DNA of 64,000 bases from Candidatus Omnitrophota bacterium (GCA_016208765.1 JACQXK010000032.1:54385-118384); one strand, 5' to 3'; positions 30,846-42,731 are shown, counted from the first letter of the stretch. Notes: generated by a model not told the origin, from the letters alone. Made by a program: numbers and translations.

Positions 30846-31127
30846 CTATCTTTTCTTTTCAGGAACTATCTTTATGGGAATCTCGCCTTTACGCACAACC
30901 CCCATTTTTTCACGCGCGATTTTTTCCTGATAAACCGGATCCGCAGTTACCCTCTTAAGTTCTTCCTGCAGTAAAGAATTTTCAATATTAACCTGTTTAA
31001 TCTTTTTCTCCAGATCAGAATTCTTATCACGCAAATCCTGCAGTTTTGTATATCCGGGCAAAAATAACCCCAGCATTAAAACTGCAACTCCAAAAAGCCA
31101 AAATGCTTTTCTTAATATCGGAAGCAT
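30846..31127 (-). CDS. ftsB: Septum formation initiator (FtsB/DivIC-like)
   Basis: 93 aa with an N-terminal transmembrane helix and a coiled coil (LQDLRDKNSDLEKKIKQVNIENSLLQEELKRV). Confidence 0.6.
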   Translation of the reverse strand: MLPILRKAFWLFGVAVLMLGLFLPGYTKLQDLRDKNSDLEKKIKQVNIENSLLQEELKRVTADPVYQEKIAREKMGVVRKGEIPIKIVPEKKR

Positions 31128-31130
31128 ACC

Positions 31131-32405
<1,275 letters not shown>

Positions 32406-32505
32406 TTACCCACAAGGGTACACCCGCGTAATACCTTATAGGCGCGGGGTGTTATAGGGTTAGTTAAAAATCTAAAATAACTTTCTAATTATACCTTCAA
32501 AAATT

Positions 32506-32582
32506 CTCAAGTCAACCCCGTTAGAAATGTGTTGTAATTATAACATAATTTCTAACGGGGTCAAGAAAAGGTTTGACTTAAA
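32506..32582. promoter_or_regulatory. Nested palindrome in the eno/ftsH divergent intergenic region, a candidate operator
   Basis: Perfect 13-bp inverted repeat (ccccgttagaaat N19 atttctaacgggg), nested inside an outer aagtcaa...ttgactt inverted repeat. Confidence 0.35.
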
Positions 32583-32634
32583 GATTTTGGTATGTTATTT
32601 TAATATGAATTCACGCAAATTCTAAGGAGAGATT

Positions 32635-34317
32635 ATGAAAATAAACTGGAAAAAAGTTAAATACTATTTAAAGCTTTACTGGTTAAGAGCTCTGCTAATT
32701 TCACTCCTAGTTATCCTAGGCATCTCTCTTATCATTTTCATTTTTATTGGCTTACGCGCCTGGAACGAGGCTGAATCATACCTGCGCCAATCTCAGCTTG
32801 CAATGATCCCCTTACAGCTTTATCTGCAAATTGTTATGGCCTTAATCTTCGGCGTGGTTTACACCTTTATGTGGTATTGGCTGATGTTTAAAAAAGGAAC
32901 CCAGTCCTTTACCCAGACCACAAAAAAATCCGTTGCCGGACAAGAAATCGGGATCACATGGAACGATGTTATCGGCATGGATGAAGCCAAACAAGAAGCC
33001 CTTGAAATTGTAAGATTGATCAAGGACCGCGCAGAATTACAGCGCATCGGAGGAAAAATCTTGAAAGGCATCATCATGCTTGGGCCTCCCGGATGCGGAA
33101 AAACCTACCTTGCCAAAGCCATTGCCACTGAAGCCGGAATGCCTTTTATTTCAATGTCCGGTTCTGAATTCGTAGAAATGTATGTAGGTGTTGGCGCCGG
33201 AAGGATCCGCAGTTTATTTAAACGCGCTCAGCAATTAGCTGAATTAGAAGGTGGTTGTATCATTTTTATAGATGAAATTGATGCTGTAGGAGCAAGGCGT
33301 GGCATGGACGCTGGCTTCGGCGGAACCACTGAACACAACACCACCTTAAACCAGCTTCTGGTGGAAATGGATGGATTAAAGGATAAAGACTACAATGTTG
33401 TTTTAGTAGGAGCTACAAACGCCCCGGAAAACTATCTTGATGAAGCGCTTTTAAGGCCGGGAAGGTTTGACCGTAAGATCTATGTGGATAAACCAAGCCT
33501 CGCTGACCGGGAAAAATTATTTGATTATTACTTACAGAAAGTTAAATATGACCCCAGCGATATAAAAATAGATCGCTTGGCGCGTATTACTGTCGGAGCC
33601 AGCCCTGCAGACATCGCCAATATTGTCAGAGAAGCTGCTTTAATTACCGTACGCAACCAGAAGCCTGCCATCACTATGAAAGAAATTAATGATGCCAGAG
33701 AACGCATTGCTTTGGGTATAAAACGCAGGATAAAAATGACAGAACGTGAAAAATGGCAAACTGCTTATCATGAGGCAGGACACGCTATTGTTACGTATTT
33801 ACTTGTTCCATCTAAAGATGTATTTAAAATAACCATTACTCCTCGCGGCCACACCGGGGGCGCTACATGGGTGCCGGAACGCGAAGAAACCCTGATACAA
33901 GATAAAATTGAATTATTAAACGATATCAGGATCAGCCTCGGCTCTTACGCCGCAGAGCGAATTAAACTTGGACATACAACCGCAGGAGTCGTTGGAGATT
34001 TTGGCTCTGCAATCACCACTGCACACAACATGGCTTGGCGCCTTGGAATGGGCAAAAGCGGTTTGATCGGTGATTTTCATTTGTTAAACACAAACCAATA
34101 TACAGCCGGGAATATTTCCGAAGAAACCAAAGCCCGCCTTGATAAAGATGTACAGGATATCATGCAAACCTGCCTTAAAGAAGTAGAAGAGCTCCTTTTA
34201 AATGAAAACCCGCTTCTTGAACGCCTTGCCAAAGAACTCGTCAGCAAAGAGGAGCTTAATTACGATGAAATTGAATCCATATTCAAAGAATTCGGAAAGA
34301 TCAGGCCTGTTTCTTAA
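32635..34317 (+). CDS. ftsH: ATP-dependent zinc metalloprotease FtsH (short form)
   Basis: Two N-terminal transmembrane helices, AAA+ Walker A (GPPGCGKT), SRH, and HEAGHA zinc motif. Confidence 0.85.
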   Translation: MKINWKKVKYYLKLYWLRALLISLLVILGISLIIFIFIGLRAWNEAESYLRQSQLAMIPLQLYLQIVMALIFGVVYTFMWYWLMFKKGTQSFTQTTKKSVAGQEIGITWNDVIGMDEAKQEALEIVRLIKDRAELQRIGGKILKGIIMLGPPGCGKTYLAKAIATEAGMPFISMSGSEFVEMYVGVGAGRIRSLFKRAQQLAELEGGCIIFIDEIDAVGARRGMDAGFGGTTEHNTTLNQLLVEMDGLKDKDYNVVLVGATNAPENYLDEALLRPGRFDRKIYVDKPSLADREKLFDYYLQKVKYDPSDIKIDRLARITVGASPADIANIVREAALITVRNQKPAITMKEINDARERIALGIKRRIKMTEREKWQTAYHEAGHAIVTYLLVPSKDVFKITITPRGHTGGATWVPEREETLIQDKIELLNDIRISLGSYAAERIKLGHTTAGVVGDFGSAITTAHNMAWRLGMGKSGLIGDFHLLNTNQYTAGNISEETKARLDKDVQDIMQTCLKEVEELLLNENPLLERLAKELVSKEELNYDEIESIFKEFGKIRPVS

Positions 34318-35164
34318 GGGCCTGATCTTCTCTCTTACCCTTCTTGTCTTTCTATGCGGCTGCAGCGCTTCCACAAAACCAACCTACCAAATAGAAAATA
34401 TTGCAGCTGACTTAGAAAGAATCTGCAAAGATGAATATAAAATAGACATTAAAGCAAAACAAGTCGGCTCTACGCTTTGGATCTATATGCCGGTAGAAAA
34501 CATACTTATCAAATCCGATAAGCCGGAAAAATACACCGAGAAATTTGCAATTGAGAAAAACACAAATAATTCTTTTAAAGATAACGCATTGAAAGTTGAT
34601 TACGCCATAAAAGCTATTTCTGATACAGAGAAAACCCAGGATTATAAATACAACAAAGACATCTCAGAAAAGATTAATGATGTATGGGTAGCTTTAAGAA
34701 GAATACTTTTCAGCCTTGAGTGCGAGAAAATTAATGAACCAAAGTTTTTTTGCATGGCTATTGCTGATATAAAAAACGGCTTTATTCTTAAGGAAACATT
34801 CTTCGGATTAGACATTAAAAAGGTTTCCTATCAATACATCTCAATGACTGAATATCAACACAGAAGTATTCAGGATATGGATATTTTACCTCAGGTTATC
34901 GGGGACAAAGACGCTAAAAACTTTGATTTTAAAGAAGTTACTATGGAAGATTTTCTTGCAAAGCAGATTGAACAAAGAATCAGGCTCAAATTTCAGAAAC
35001 CGGAGGTAAATAAAGACGCAGATATTGACAAAGAAATTATCAAGATTATTGCCCACACCCTTAAAACCTACGGCTTTAAGGATTTTGACTACATTGAACT
35101 GAACAACAACATCTCAAACAACAAGATTACCCTAAACCAAGGGGCAATCTTAGCTATTGAATAA
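34265..35164 (+). CDS. Hypothetical lipoprotein
   Basis: Signal peptide with a lipobox (LVFLCGC). Lys/Asp/Glu-rich. Overlaps the end of ftsH. No recognisable domain. Confidence 0.4.
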   Translation: MKLNPYSKNSERSGLFLKGLIFSLTLLVFLCGCSASTKPTYQIENIAADLERICKDEYKIDIKAKQVGSTLWIYMPVENILIKSDKPEKYTEKFAIEKNTNNSFKDNALKVDYAIKAISDTEKTQDYKYNKDISEKINDVWVALRRILFSLECEKINEPKFFCMAIADIKNGFILKETFFGLDIKKVSYQYISMTEYQHRSIQDMDILPQVIGDKDAKNFDFKEVTMEDFLAKQIEQRIRLKFQKPEVNKDADIDKEIIKIIAHTLKTYGFKDFDYIELNNNISNNKITLNQGAILAIE

Positions 35165-35756
35165 TAACTTTCCTGCCTTTTAATTTCATCTTTCCCCTGA
35201 GAATTAAACTTATTGCCTGCGGATAAAGCTCGTGCTCAACTTTATGGATCTTTTCCTCAAGGCTCTTTAAGGTGTCCTTATTTGTTATAGGCACCGGCTC
35301 TTGCAAAATTACAGGCCCCCCATCTAAATCATTAGTTACAAAATGAACTGTAACGCCGGTTACCTTAACGCCATAGTTAAAAGCGTCTTTAATCCCGTGC
35401 GCCCCTTTAAAAGAAGGAAGTAAGGCAGGATGAATATTAATAATACGATTCTTGTACGTTTCTAATAATTCTTTACCGATAATGCGCATAAACCCTGCCA
35501 AAACAATCAAATCAATTTTATTTTCTTTTAAAATTTCAATGATCTTTAATTCAAAATCGCAATTTGAGGAAAAGTCTTCTCTTTTAATAAGTACGGCTTT
35601 TACCTTAGCTGCCTTAGCCCTCTTAATCACAAATGCATCAGGCTGGTCGCAGACTAACAACGCTAAATTTGCCTTTATTCTTCCATTCTTTACTGCCCTG
35701 GCAATAGCTGAAAAATTAGTGCCATTACCCGAAGCAAAAACCGCGATATTTTTCAT
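35154..35756 (-). CDS. purN: Phosphoribosylglycinamide formyltransferase
   Basis: IAVFASGNGTNF...HPALLP formyl-transferase signatures. ATG at 35756 with an AGGA ribosome-binding site. Confidence 0.85.
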   Translation of the reverse strand: MKNIAVFASGNGTNFSAIARAVKNGRIKANLALLVCDQPDAFVIKRAKAAKVKAVLIKREDFSSNCDFELKIIEILKENKIDLIVLAGFMRIIGKELLETYKNRIINIHPALLPSFKGAHGIKDAFNYGVKVTGVTVHFVTNDLDGGPVILQEPVPITNKDTLKSLEEKIHKVEHELYPQAISLILRGKMKLKGRKVIIQ

Positions 35757-36541
35757 TCTCTTATCCTTATGCATTTAGTCGGACAAACTTTCACACAATC
35801 ACCGCAAGAAGTACATTTATGATAATCAATAACTGCTAAATTATCAACCACATGAATCGCATCAAACTTACAGGTTTTCTCACAAAGCCTGCAGGCAATA
35901 CAACCAACCGGGCAAACCGCCTTTGTATCCTTGCCCAAATCATGAGAACTGCAATTAACATAAACATTTTGCGCAACGTTAACCAAAGTAAATAGTTTTT
36001 TAGGACAAACCAGAACACACTTATTACAAGCCCTGCATTTATACTTATCAACAACCGGAAGCCCCTGCTTAGACATAGAAATTGCCCCAAACGGGCATAC
36101 CTTAACGCACGTTCCAAAACCCAAACATCCGAATACACATTCTTTCTGGCCACCCAATACTAAATTCGCTGCTACGCAATCTTCTATCCCGGAATAAATA
36201 TATTTGTCTTTTATTTTATTGCCTCCGCCGCAATGTAAAATAGCAATCTTTTTTGCCTGCTTCTCTATTTTCTGGCCTAATAAATGCGCTACCTTCTCTT
36301 TTACCTTGTCTTCGGTAACCCGGCAGGAATCAATGCTTGCCTTGCCTGAAAGAAGCATTTCTGCAAAACCAAAACAACCTGCTCCTCCGCAGGCGCCGCA
36401 ATTTGCTCCCGGCAAGAGCCCGTGGATCTTTTCAAGACGAGGGTCAATTTGTACGGCAAGTTTCTTTGAAGCAATAGCCAAGCCAATGCCGAAAACAAGG
36501 CCTAACAAACCTAAAGAAATAATTGGTATAAGTATTTCCAT
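35753..36541 (-). CDS. rnfB: Rnf electron transport complex subunit B (polyferredoxin)
   Basis: N-terminal transmembrane helix, a CX2CX4C cluster, and several CxxCxxCxxxCP ferredoxin motifs. Confidence 0.8.
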   Translation of the reverse strand: MEILIPIISLGLLGLVFGIGLAIASKKLAVQIDPRLEKIHGLLPGANCGACGGAGCFGFAEMLLSGKASIDSCRVTEDKVKEKVAHLLGQKIEKQAKKIAILHCGGGNKIKDKYIYSGIEDCVAANLVLGGQKECVFGCLGFGTCVKVCPFGAISMSKQGLPVVDKYKCRACNKCVLVCPKKLFTLVNVAQNVYVNCSSHDLGKDTKAVCPVGCIACRLCEKTCKFDAIHVVDNLAVIDYHKCTSCGDCVKVCPTKCIRIRE

Positions 36542-36558
36542 AATTGTAGCCTAACGCC

Positions 36559-37167
36559 TTAAAACCTAAACCCGTTAAAACCCATAAAGCTCAAGCTCAT
36601 AATTGAAGCAATAATAAACGCGATAGGAAAATCCTTTAGCGCCTTAGGTATAGAGCACAATTCAAGCCTCTCCCTGATCCCCGACATTAAAAGCATGGCT
36701 AAAGTATAACCGAGCCCCACGCAAACCCCCTGAAACAAAGAATACCAGAAACTCCCCCCAACTGCCTTACCCTTAACAAAAAACATATCAACGTTTAAAA
36801 CCGCAACACCGAGCACCGCACAGTTAACAGTAATCAAAGGAAGATAAATTCCGAAAATCCGATACAATGGCGGCGCAAATTTTCTAACCACCATTTCTAC
36901 AAACTGCACAGAAGTAGCAATCACCAGAATAAAAGAAATCGTACGCAGATATTCCAGGCCAAACGGTACAAGCAAGAAACGGTATATAAACCATGTGATT
37001 GCAGATGACATTACAATCACAAACATTACCGCGAAGCTCATGGCAAGCGCCGGCTTTGTCTCCTTGGAAATCGCGATAAAAGAACACAGCCCCAGGAAAC
37101 GCGACAGAATGACATTTGAAACAAAAACCGCCGAGATAAAAATCATCAAAAATTGCGCAATCGTCAT
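36559..37167 (-). CDS. rnfA: Rnf complex subunit A
   Basis: RnfA/NqrE-family polytopic membrane protein, recognised by overall homology across its length. Confidence 0.85.
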   Translation of the reverse strand: MTIAQFLMIFISAVFVSNVILSRFLGLCSFIAISKETKPALAMSFAVMFVIVMSSAITWFIYRFLLVPFGLEYLRTISFILVIATSVQFVEMVVRKFAPPLYRIFGIYLPLITVNCAVLGVAVLNVDMFFVKGKAVGGSFWYSLFQGVCVGLGYTLAMLLMSGIRERLELCSIPKALKDFPIAFIIASIMSLSFMGFNGFRF

Positions 37168-37175
37168 AAAACTCC

Positions 37176-37769
37176 TTAAGCCTTATCTTTCTTAAAAAGA
37201 TTAAAAAATGCCAATAACAAACCAATTACCAAAAGTGCACCAGAGGGCATACCAATGGCAAACATCGGTTCAAACCCCCTAAACATCATTACGCCAAGGA
37301 TTTTTCCACTTCCTAACAATTCTCTAATTGCAGAAATTAAAACCAATGCTAAACCAAAACCAGCCCCCATGCCCAATGCGTCAAAAACAGAATTTAATAC
37401 TGAATTTTTAGAGGCAAAAGCTTCTGCCCTTCCCAAGACTATGCAATTAACCACAATTAAAGGCACATAGATCCCCAAGGCGCGGTTTAACGCCGGGCTA
37501 TACGCTTTCATCAGCAATTCAATAATTGTAACAAAGGTAGCAATAACTACAATATAACAAGGGATCCTGATGCGTTCAGGGATTAAATTTTTAATCAAGG
37601 CTATAATAATATTTGATCCTAAAAGCACAAATGTAGCAGCCACTGACATACCAATGCCGTTCACAACCGAAACAGAAACAGCCAGCGTCGGACACAATCC
37701 AAGTGCCAGCACAAATGTCGGATTCTCTTTAATAATACCTTTTGTAAATTCTCTGATTGGATTACTCAT
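37176..37769 (-). CDS. rnfE: Rnf complex subunit E
   Basis: RnfE/NqrD family (LALGLCPTLAV...). Confidence 0.85.
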   Translation of the reverse strand: MSNPIREFTKGIIKENPTFVLALGLCPTLAVSVSVVNGIGMSVAATFVLLGSNIIIALIKNLIPERIRIPCYIVVIATFVTIIELLMKAYSPALNRALGIYVPLIVVNCIVLGRAEAFASKNSVLNSVFDALGMGAGFGLALVLISAIRELLGSGKILGVMMFRGFEPMFAIGMPSGALLVIGLLLAFFNLFKKDKA

Positions 37770-37868
37770 CTTAAAATTACAAGTTATCCCGACGTTCACC
37801 TGCGGTTCAGTCGGGATCCCGACCTATATGCAATAGAGCGTCGGGACAAGTTACACCGTTACGAGTTA

Positions 37869-38804
37869 CTAACAACCATATATCCTATTCTTCGTAAACC
37901 TGTCAATTATAGGTGTTGCCGCATTCATCATTAATATCGCGTAAGAAACCCCCTCAGGATAACCTCCCCACAACCGGATAACCGCAGTAATCACGCCGCA
38001 GCCCGCGCCAAAGATAATCTGGCCTTTATAAGTTAATGGGCTTGTAACATAATCTGTAGCCATAAAAAAAGCCCCCAGGATCAAACCGCCTGTGAGTATA
38101 TGAAACAACCAGTCACCGCTAAAATACCCATTAGGGCCAAAGATAAATGTCAATAACCCCACAGTTAAAATATATGTAATTGGGATGTGCCAGCTAATAT
38201 ATTTTTTGACAAACAAAAATGCTGCTCCGATTAACAGCGCCAAAATACATACTTCCCCGATACAGCCTCCGTGCCAGCCAATAAAAATATCCCAATAAGA
38301 AAATTGCGCAGCTGTTTTTACATGCCTCAGAATTGCCAAAGGAGTAGCCCCTGTTATTGCGTCATATCCCGGGTTAACAAAAGTAGTCATATACTTTGGC
38401 CAGCAAGCCATCAAGAAAACCCTTCCGGTTAAGGCAGGATTAAAAATATTCTGTCCCAATCCTCCAAAAATCTGTTTTCCAATAGCAATGGCAAAAAAAG
38501 AACCGACTATTGGAAGCCAAAAAGGGACATTAGAAGGCAAATTATAAGCAAGCAATAACCCTGTAAGCACAGCGCTTCCATCAAGAATAGCCACTTTCTT
38601 TTTTGTCAACACCTGCAAGATACCTTCTGCTACAACTGCCGTGATTACCGACCAGAAAATCACCCAAAACGCGCTCCAGCCAAAGATAATTACCCCGGCT
38701 GCCCCCGCAGGCACAAGGCTCAAAGAAACCAGCCACATAATCTTTCGCACTGTTTCTTTATTATGTATATGCGGAGAAACTGCGACAATTAATCTATCAG
38801 TCAT
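37869..38804 (-). CDS. rnfD: Rnf complex subunit D
   Basis: RnfD/NqrB-family polytopic membrane protein carrying the conserved flavin-attachment Thr context. Confidence 0.85.
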   Translation of the reverse strand: MTDRLIVAVSPHIHNKETVRKIMWLVSLSLVPAGAAGVIIFGWSAFWVIFWSVITAVVAEGILQVLTKKKVAILDGSAVLTGLLLAYNLPSNVPFWLPIVGSFFAIAIGKQIFGGLGQNIFNPALTGRVFLMACWPKYMTTFVNPGYDAITGATPLAILRHVKTAAQFSYWDIFIGWHGGCIGEVCILALLIGAAFLFVKKYISWHIPITYILTVGLLTFIFGPNGYFSGDWLFHILTGGLILGAFFMATDYVTSPLTYKGQIIFGAGCGVITAVIRLWGGYPEGVSYAILMMNAATPIIDRFTKNRIYGC

Positions 38805-39318
38805 TCTTAATCAGCTCCTGGATCTCTTGCGATTTCTTATTAACTGAATTAATCACTGCCCTTGAAGAAATGGTTGCTCCTGTAATTGCCTGCACATTTC
38901 CTAAATCTTTTATATTTTTATTGGCAAATCTGCCGGTAAACTCTTTATCTGCAACATTCGTCCCTAAACCGGGAGTTTCATTCTGGCTCAAAACCTTTAT
39001 GGCATTCACAGTCCCATTCTTAAACATACCCACCATTGTTTCTATATTGCTGGAATAACCTTTTCCAATGGCCTTAAAAGCAACTCCTAAAAGATTTCCT
39101 GAAGCATCAAAGGCCTTGTAATAGATAGTTTCTTCTGCAGATTTTACCGGCTCAAAGCGCACAGCTTCAGGCAATACTTCTTTCAAACTTGCCTCTTCTT
39201 CAAACTGGGCCTGAGCAACAATTTTGGCTTTGGTTATTTTATTTACTCCTGCCAATAACCCTCCGGCTGCCACACAAATTATTGAAAGCGTCATGCCATA
39301 ACGCAGCATATCTTTCAT
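38797..39318 (-). CDS. rnfG: Rnf complex subunit G (FMN-binding)
   Basis: FMN_bind domain (...ITGATISSRAV). Confidence 0.8.
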   Translation of the reverse strand: MKDMLRYGMTLSIICVAAGGLLAGVNKITKAKIVAQAQFEEEASLKEVLPEAVRFEPVKSAEETIYYKAFDASGNLLGVAFKAIGKGYSSNIETMVGMFKNGTVNAIKVLSQNETPGLGTNVADKEFTGRFANKNIKDLGNVQAITGATISSRAVINSVNKKSQEIQELIKND

Positions 39319-40589
39319 TTTGCTATCTCCAATTTTGCCCTTTTAATCGTCTGCACTAACCTTCTTTTTGCAGGACAGACATAATTACAAATACCACACT
39401 CAATGCAATCAGCTGCCCCATAATCTTTTGCCTGCTGCCACAGAGACTTTTCAGAAGAAAGATTGATCAGGCACGGCATTAATCCTGCAGGGCACTCCCT
39501 GACACAGGCTCCGCAGCGAATACAAAACTCCTCTTCCAAAACCCGAGCCTCTTTTTCATTAAACAACAGGACTCCGCCGGTTGATTTAATCACCGGCACA
39601 TCATCTGTGTATTGAGCAAGCCCCATCATGGGCCCTCCGATAATGATTTTAGCCGGCCTTGTTATCATTGGCCCGCAATAATTGATCAACTCTTTGATCG
39701 GTGTCCCGATACGCACAAGCAAATTCTTAGGATTAACCACACAACTTCCTGTAACTGTTACCACCCGCTCATATAACGGCTTAGCCAAATATACAGCCTC
39801 ATAAATAGCATAAATTGTAGCAACATTCTGCACTACTACGCCTGCGTCAAAAGGAAGTTTTCCTCTTGGGACTTCTTTATGTAAAACATTCCTGATTAAC
39901 TGCTTTTCTCCGCCCTGAGGATACTGGGATTTTAAAATGCTTATCGCATATCGTTTATCGCATATCAACTGAAACTGCTTGATAGCTTCGGGTTTATTAT
40001 CTTCAATTGCAATATAAATATTTTTTGCGCCAACGCACTTGGCAGCCAATTTTATCCCGGCAATGATTTCTTTGGTTTTTTCAATCATCAAACGGTTGTC
40101 GCTATTTAAAAACGGCTCACATTCTGCGCCATTAACAATCAAAGTATCAACCGGTTTTGGCGGATTTAATTTAATATGTGTGGGAAAACTCGCCCCTCCC
40201 ATTCCCACAATCCCGGCTTCAAAAACCATGTTACGGATTTGTTCGGCAGTAAGACTATCAACCTCGGCTTGCCCCTTGGGATTTGCGGCTTGCAGCTTAT
40301 CAGAGCCATCACCTTCTATCACTATTGCCTTACACCTGCCTAAAACTGGATGCGGCCAATCCTGTATAGCTGTAACCTTACCGGATATTGAAGCATGGAT
40401 CCTCGCATGCACATGCGCCTGAGCAGAAGCTACCAACTGTCCTCTTACCACCTCATCACCAACCTTAACCTCCGGAACACATATTTTACCCAAATGCTGG
40501 CTCAAAGGAATATAAACCTTTTTAGGTAAAGGCAATGCTTCAATAAGCTTATGCTCTGTCCTATCCTTACACTCTGCTAATCTAACCAT
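39315..40589 (-). CDS. rnfC: Rnf complex subunit C
   Basis: RnfC/NqrA-like N-terminus, GAECEPF, and two C-terminal 4Fe-4S motifs. Confidence 0.85.
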   Translation of the reverse strand: MVRLAECKDRTEHKLIEALPLPKKVYIPLSQHLGKICVPEVKVGDEVVRGQLVASAQAHVHARIHASISGKVTAIQDWPHPVLGRCKAIVIEGDGSDKLQAANPKGQAEVDSLTAEQIRNMVFEAGIVGMGGASFPTHIKLNPPKPVDTLIVNGAECEPFLNSDNRLMIEKTKEIIAGIKLAAKCVGAKNIYIAIEDNKPEAIKQFQLICDKRYAISILKSQYPQGGEKQLIRNVLHKEVPRGKLPFDAGVVVQNVATIYAIYEAVYLAKPLYERVVTVTGSCVVNPKNLLVRIGTPIKELINYCGPMITRPAKIIIGGPMMGLAQYTDDVPVIKSTGGVLLFNEKEARVLEEEFCIRCGACVRECPAGLMPCLINLSSEKSLWQQAKDYGAADCIECGICNYVCPAKRRLVQTIKRAKLEIAK

Positions 40590-41830
40590 GCGGTTTTCCG
40601 GCTCATAATAAGGTTAACTACTCCAACAACGCTAAAAACACTTCCCACGCTTACTAATATTGCCAAATGAGAAACTCTTTCTGCCAGTATACTACTTAAA
40701 AACATAAATAACAAGAATCCTAAATGCATTACAATCTCTAAAGAACTGAAAATCTTACCCATCATCTCATTGTCGCTTGCTTTATGGATGATCGTGTTTG
40801 ATGCAATCATAATCGGAGATATCGCAAACCCAAGGATAAGGGCCAAAAAAGCAGCAACACCGAAATTCGGATAACGGTGTATTCCCAAGGCAAAAATTGT
40901 CATCATTATGCCGCTTAGGATTAAAGCGGCAAAAATCGCCTTATACGCGGAAATCCGCTGGCCAAAGCGGCCATAAATAAGCGAGCCGACAAACAGCCCG
41001 CTGCCTAAAAACATGATCAAAAGCCCTAAATCTTTTGTTGCTGAATGCAGGGTTTTTTGCACAAAAACAATAATTACCACATAAACTGCCCCAAGCGCTG
41101 ACCAAAGAGTAAAGATAACTCCGGCAGTAAACCTAATTTCCTTCTTCCTGATAAAATAGATAATCCCTTCCTTGATTTCCTGAAACACAGATTTTCTAAT
41201 AACCTCTACAATCTCCCGGCCCATCTTCTTTAGATTTATACGGCTGGAGGCTTTTTTAACAATAAAGAAAATCAGTGTTCCGGAAATAAAAAAACTGAAA
41301 GCATCCAGATAAAACCCGCTTCTTGCCCCCACCCACTCCACCAATACCCCGCTTATGCCAAATCCAAGTATCGCGGCAATCATCCCGGTGGTATTAACCA
41401 GAGAATTTGCCATCAACAAATCTTTCTTCTCCACCAAATCAGGAATAATGGACATCTTTGCCGGAACAAAAAACCTGCCGATTGAAAAAACAAGGAAAAT
41501 CACCAGATAAATCGGCGCCAGCGACTTTGTATAAAATAAAAATACCGGGATCAACAAAACAAGAAAACCGCGCAGGAAATCACAGGCATACATTGTCTTA
41601 CGCCTGTCCCAGCGGTCAACATAAACTCCTGCAATCGGGCCAATTAAGAAAACAGGGATAATAGTAAAGGAAAGGATCTTTGCGATTTCAATGGTTGAGC
41701 CCGGGGCACGCTGGTAAACAAAAGCGATCAAGGCCATCTGATCAAGCCTATCCCCTAATTGCGAAACAAGCTGCCCCAACCAAAGCAAAAAGAAATTGCG
41801 GCTCTTAAAAACATCTCTGAATTTAGACAT
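40577..41830 (-). CDS. MFS transporter
   Basis: 12-transmembrane MFS architecture. Start placed at MSKFRDVF so that it does not overlap tRNA-Thr. Confidence 0.7.
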   Translation of the reverse strand: MSKFRDVFKSRNFFLLWLGQLVSQLGDRLDQMALIAFVYQRAPGSTIEIAKILSFTIIPVFLIGPIAGVYVDRWDRRKTMYACDFLRGFLVLLIPVFLFYTKSLAPIYLVIFLVFSIGRFFVPAKMSIIPDLVEKKDLLMANSLVNTTGMIAAILGFGISGVLVEWVGARSGFYLDAFSFFISGTLIFFIVKKASSRINLKKMGREIVEVIRKSVFQEIKEGIIYFIRKKEIRFTAGVIFTLWSALGAVYVVIIVFVQKTLHSATKDLGLLIMFLGSGLFVGSLIYGRFGQRISAYKAIFAALILSGIMMTIFALGIHRYPNFGVAAFLALILGFAISPIMIASNTIIHKASDNEMMGKIFSSLEIVMHLGFLLFMFLSSILAERVSHLAILVSVGSVFSVVGVVNLIMSRKTAWLD

Positions 41831-41842
41831 AGATGAAACAAA

Positions 41843-41915
41843 AGCCGATGAGTGGAATCGAACCACCGACCCGCGCTTTACGAAAGCGCTGCTCTGCCAA
41901 CTGAGCTACATCGGC
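41843..41915 (-). tRNA. tRNA-Thr (anticodon CGT)
   Basis: Minus strand GCCGATGTAGCTCAGTTGGCAGAGCAGCGCTTTCGTAAAGCGCGGGTCGGTGGTTCGATTCCACTCATCGGCT forms a cloverleaf with a CGU anticodon. Confidence 0.8.
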
Positions 41916-41953
41916 GAAAAGAACAAATAATTATAACAACTTCTGGTTTTAAC

Positions 41954-42469
41954 TCAATTAATAAAATTAAATGACCGGGCGATTGAATCAATCACCGGCT
42001 CATACCTGAATCTATTTTCAAAAGGTGTGCCAGATTGAATAAGATAAACTTTGTTTCCATGAGGCCAAAGATAATGTTTAAAAAAGAACCTCTGTGAATC
42101 ACCTCGCAAGAAGTCAATAGAAACAATTGCCACCTCGTGCCCATTTATTGTATCATATCTTTTTTCAAGTATAGCTGCTTTTCCCTGCCAATGCCCCTGC
42201 ATGTCTCCAATAAATCTTTTTATGTAATTATCCACAAACTGGCTCCAATCTCCATATCTATTATAATCAATCCTGACCTGAAGGCCAGTCTGGTTATCCT
42301 TAATTATCTGCGCTTTTATTACATCTGTTGAATTAGGCGTACTTTGCGCGCTCCAATCAGAAGGATAATCAACCCGGTAATTATTTACCTTATCTTCTAA
42401 AACAAGGGCCAGGGTGATTGCCGGAAACAAAATTAACATAACAAAACCCAAAAAAAGCGTTCTTTTCAT
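41954..42469 (-). CDS. Secreted hypothetical protein
   Basis: Signal peptide. Trp/Tyr-rich, with no recognisable domain. Confidence 0.4.
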   Translation of the reverse strand: MKRTLFLGFVMLILFPAITLALVLEDKVNNYRVDYPSDWSAQSTPNSTDVIKAQIIKDNQTGLQVRIDYNRYGDWSQFVDNYIKRFIGDMQGHWQGKAAILEKRYDTINGHEVAIVSIDFLRGDSQRFFFKHYLWPHGNKVYLIQSGTPFENRFRYEPVIDSIARSFNFIN

Positions 42470-42533
42470 CCAAGCACAATTCCTTTCTTATATTTAACTC
42501 TTTTAATTATACCTACTTTTCCTAAAAATTCAA

Positions 42534-42561
42534 TTGACAAATCCAAGACAAATGCTATAAT
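42534..42561 (+). promoter_or_regulatory. Sigma70-type promoter for cspA
   Basis: TTGACA, a 16-nt spacer, then TATAAT. It leaves a ~160-nt 5' UTR, typical of cold-shock genes. Confidence 0.45.
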
Positions 42562-42731
42562 TTTTTTGATTTGAATATGCAAGGAGAAGTAAAGAAATTG
42601 TTAGTTTCCAAAGAAAAACCGCAAAGCTAAGTAATTAACATTCCAGGCTTTACGGTTTTTTTGTTGCAGAAAGCAACACACCAACCTTTCACATAAGGTT
42701 GGGTGAATTGAGGGAGGTGAATTAGTAAGAA

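Noticed and set aside
35836-37225. Antisense ORFs inside rnfB/rnfA (105, 113 and 66 aa)
   Set aside because: They lie inside strongly conserved rnf genes on the opposite strand and have no independent signals.
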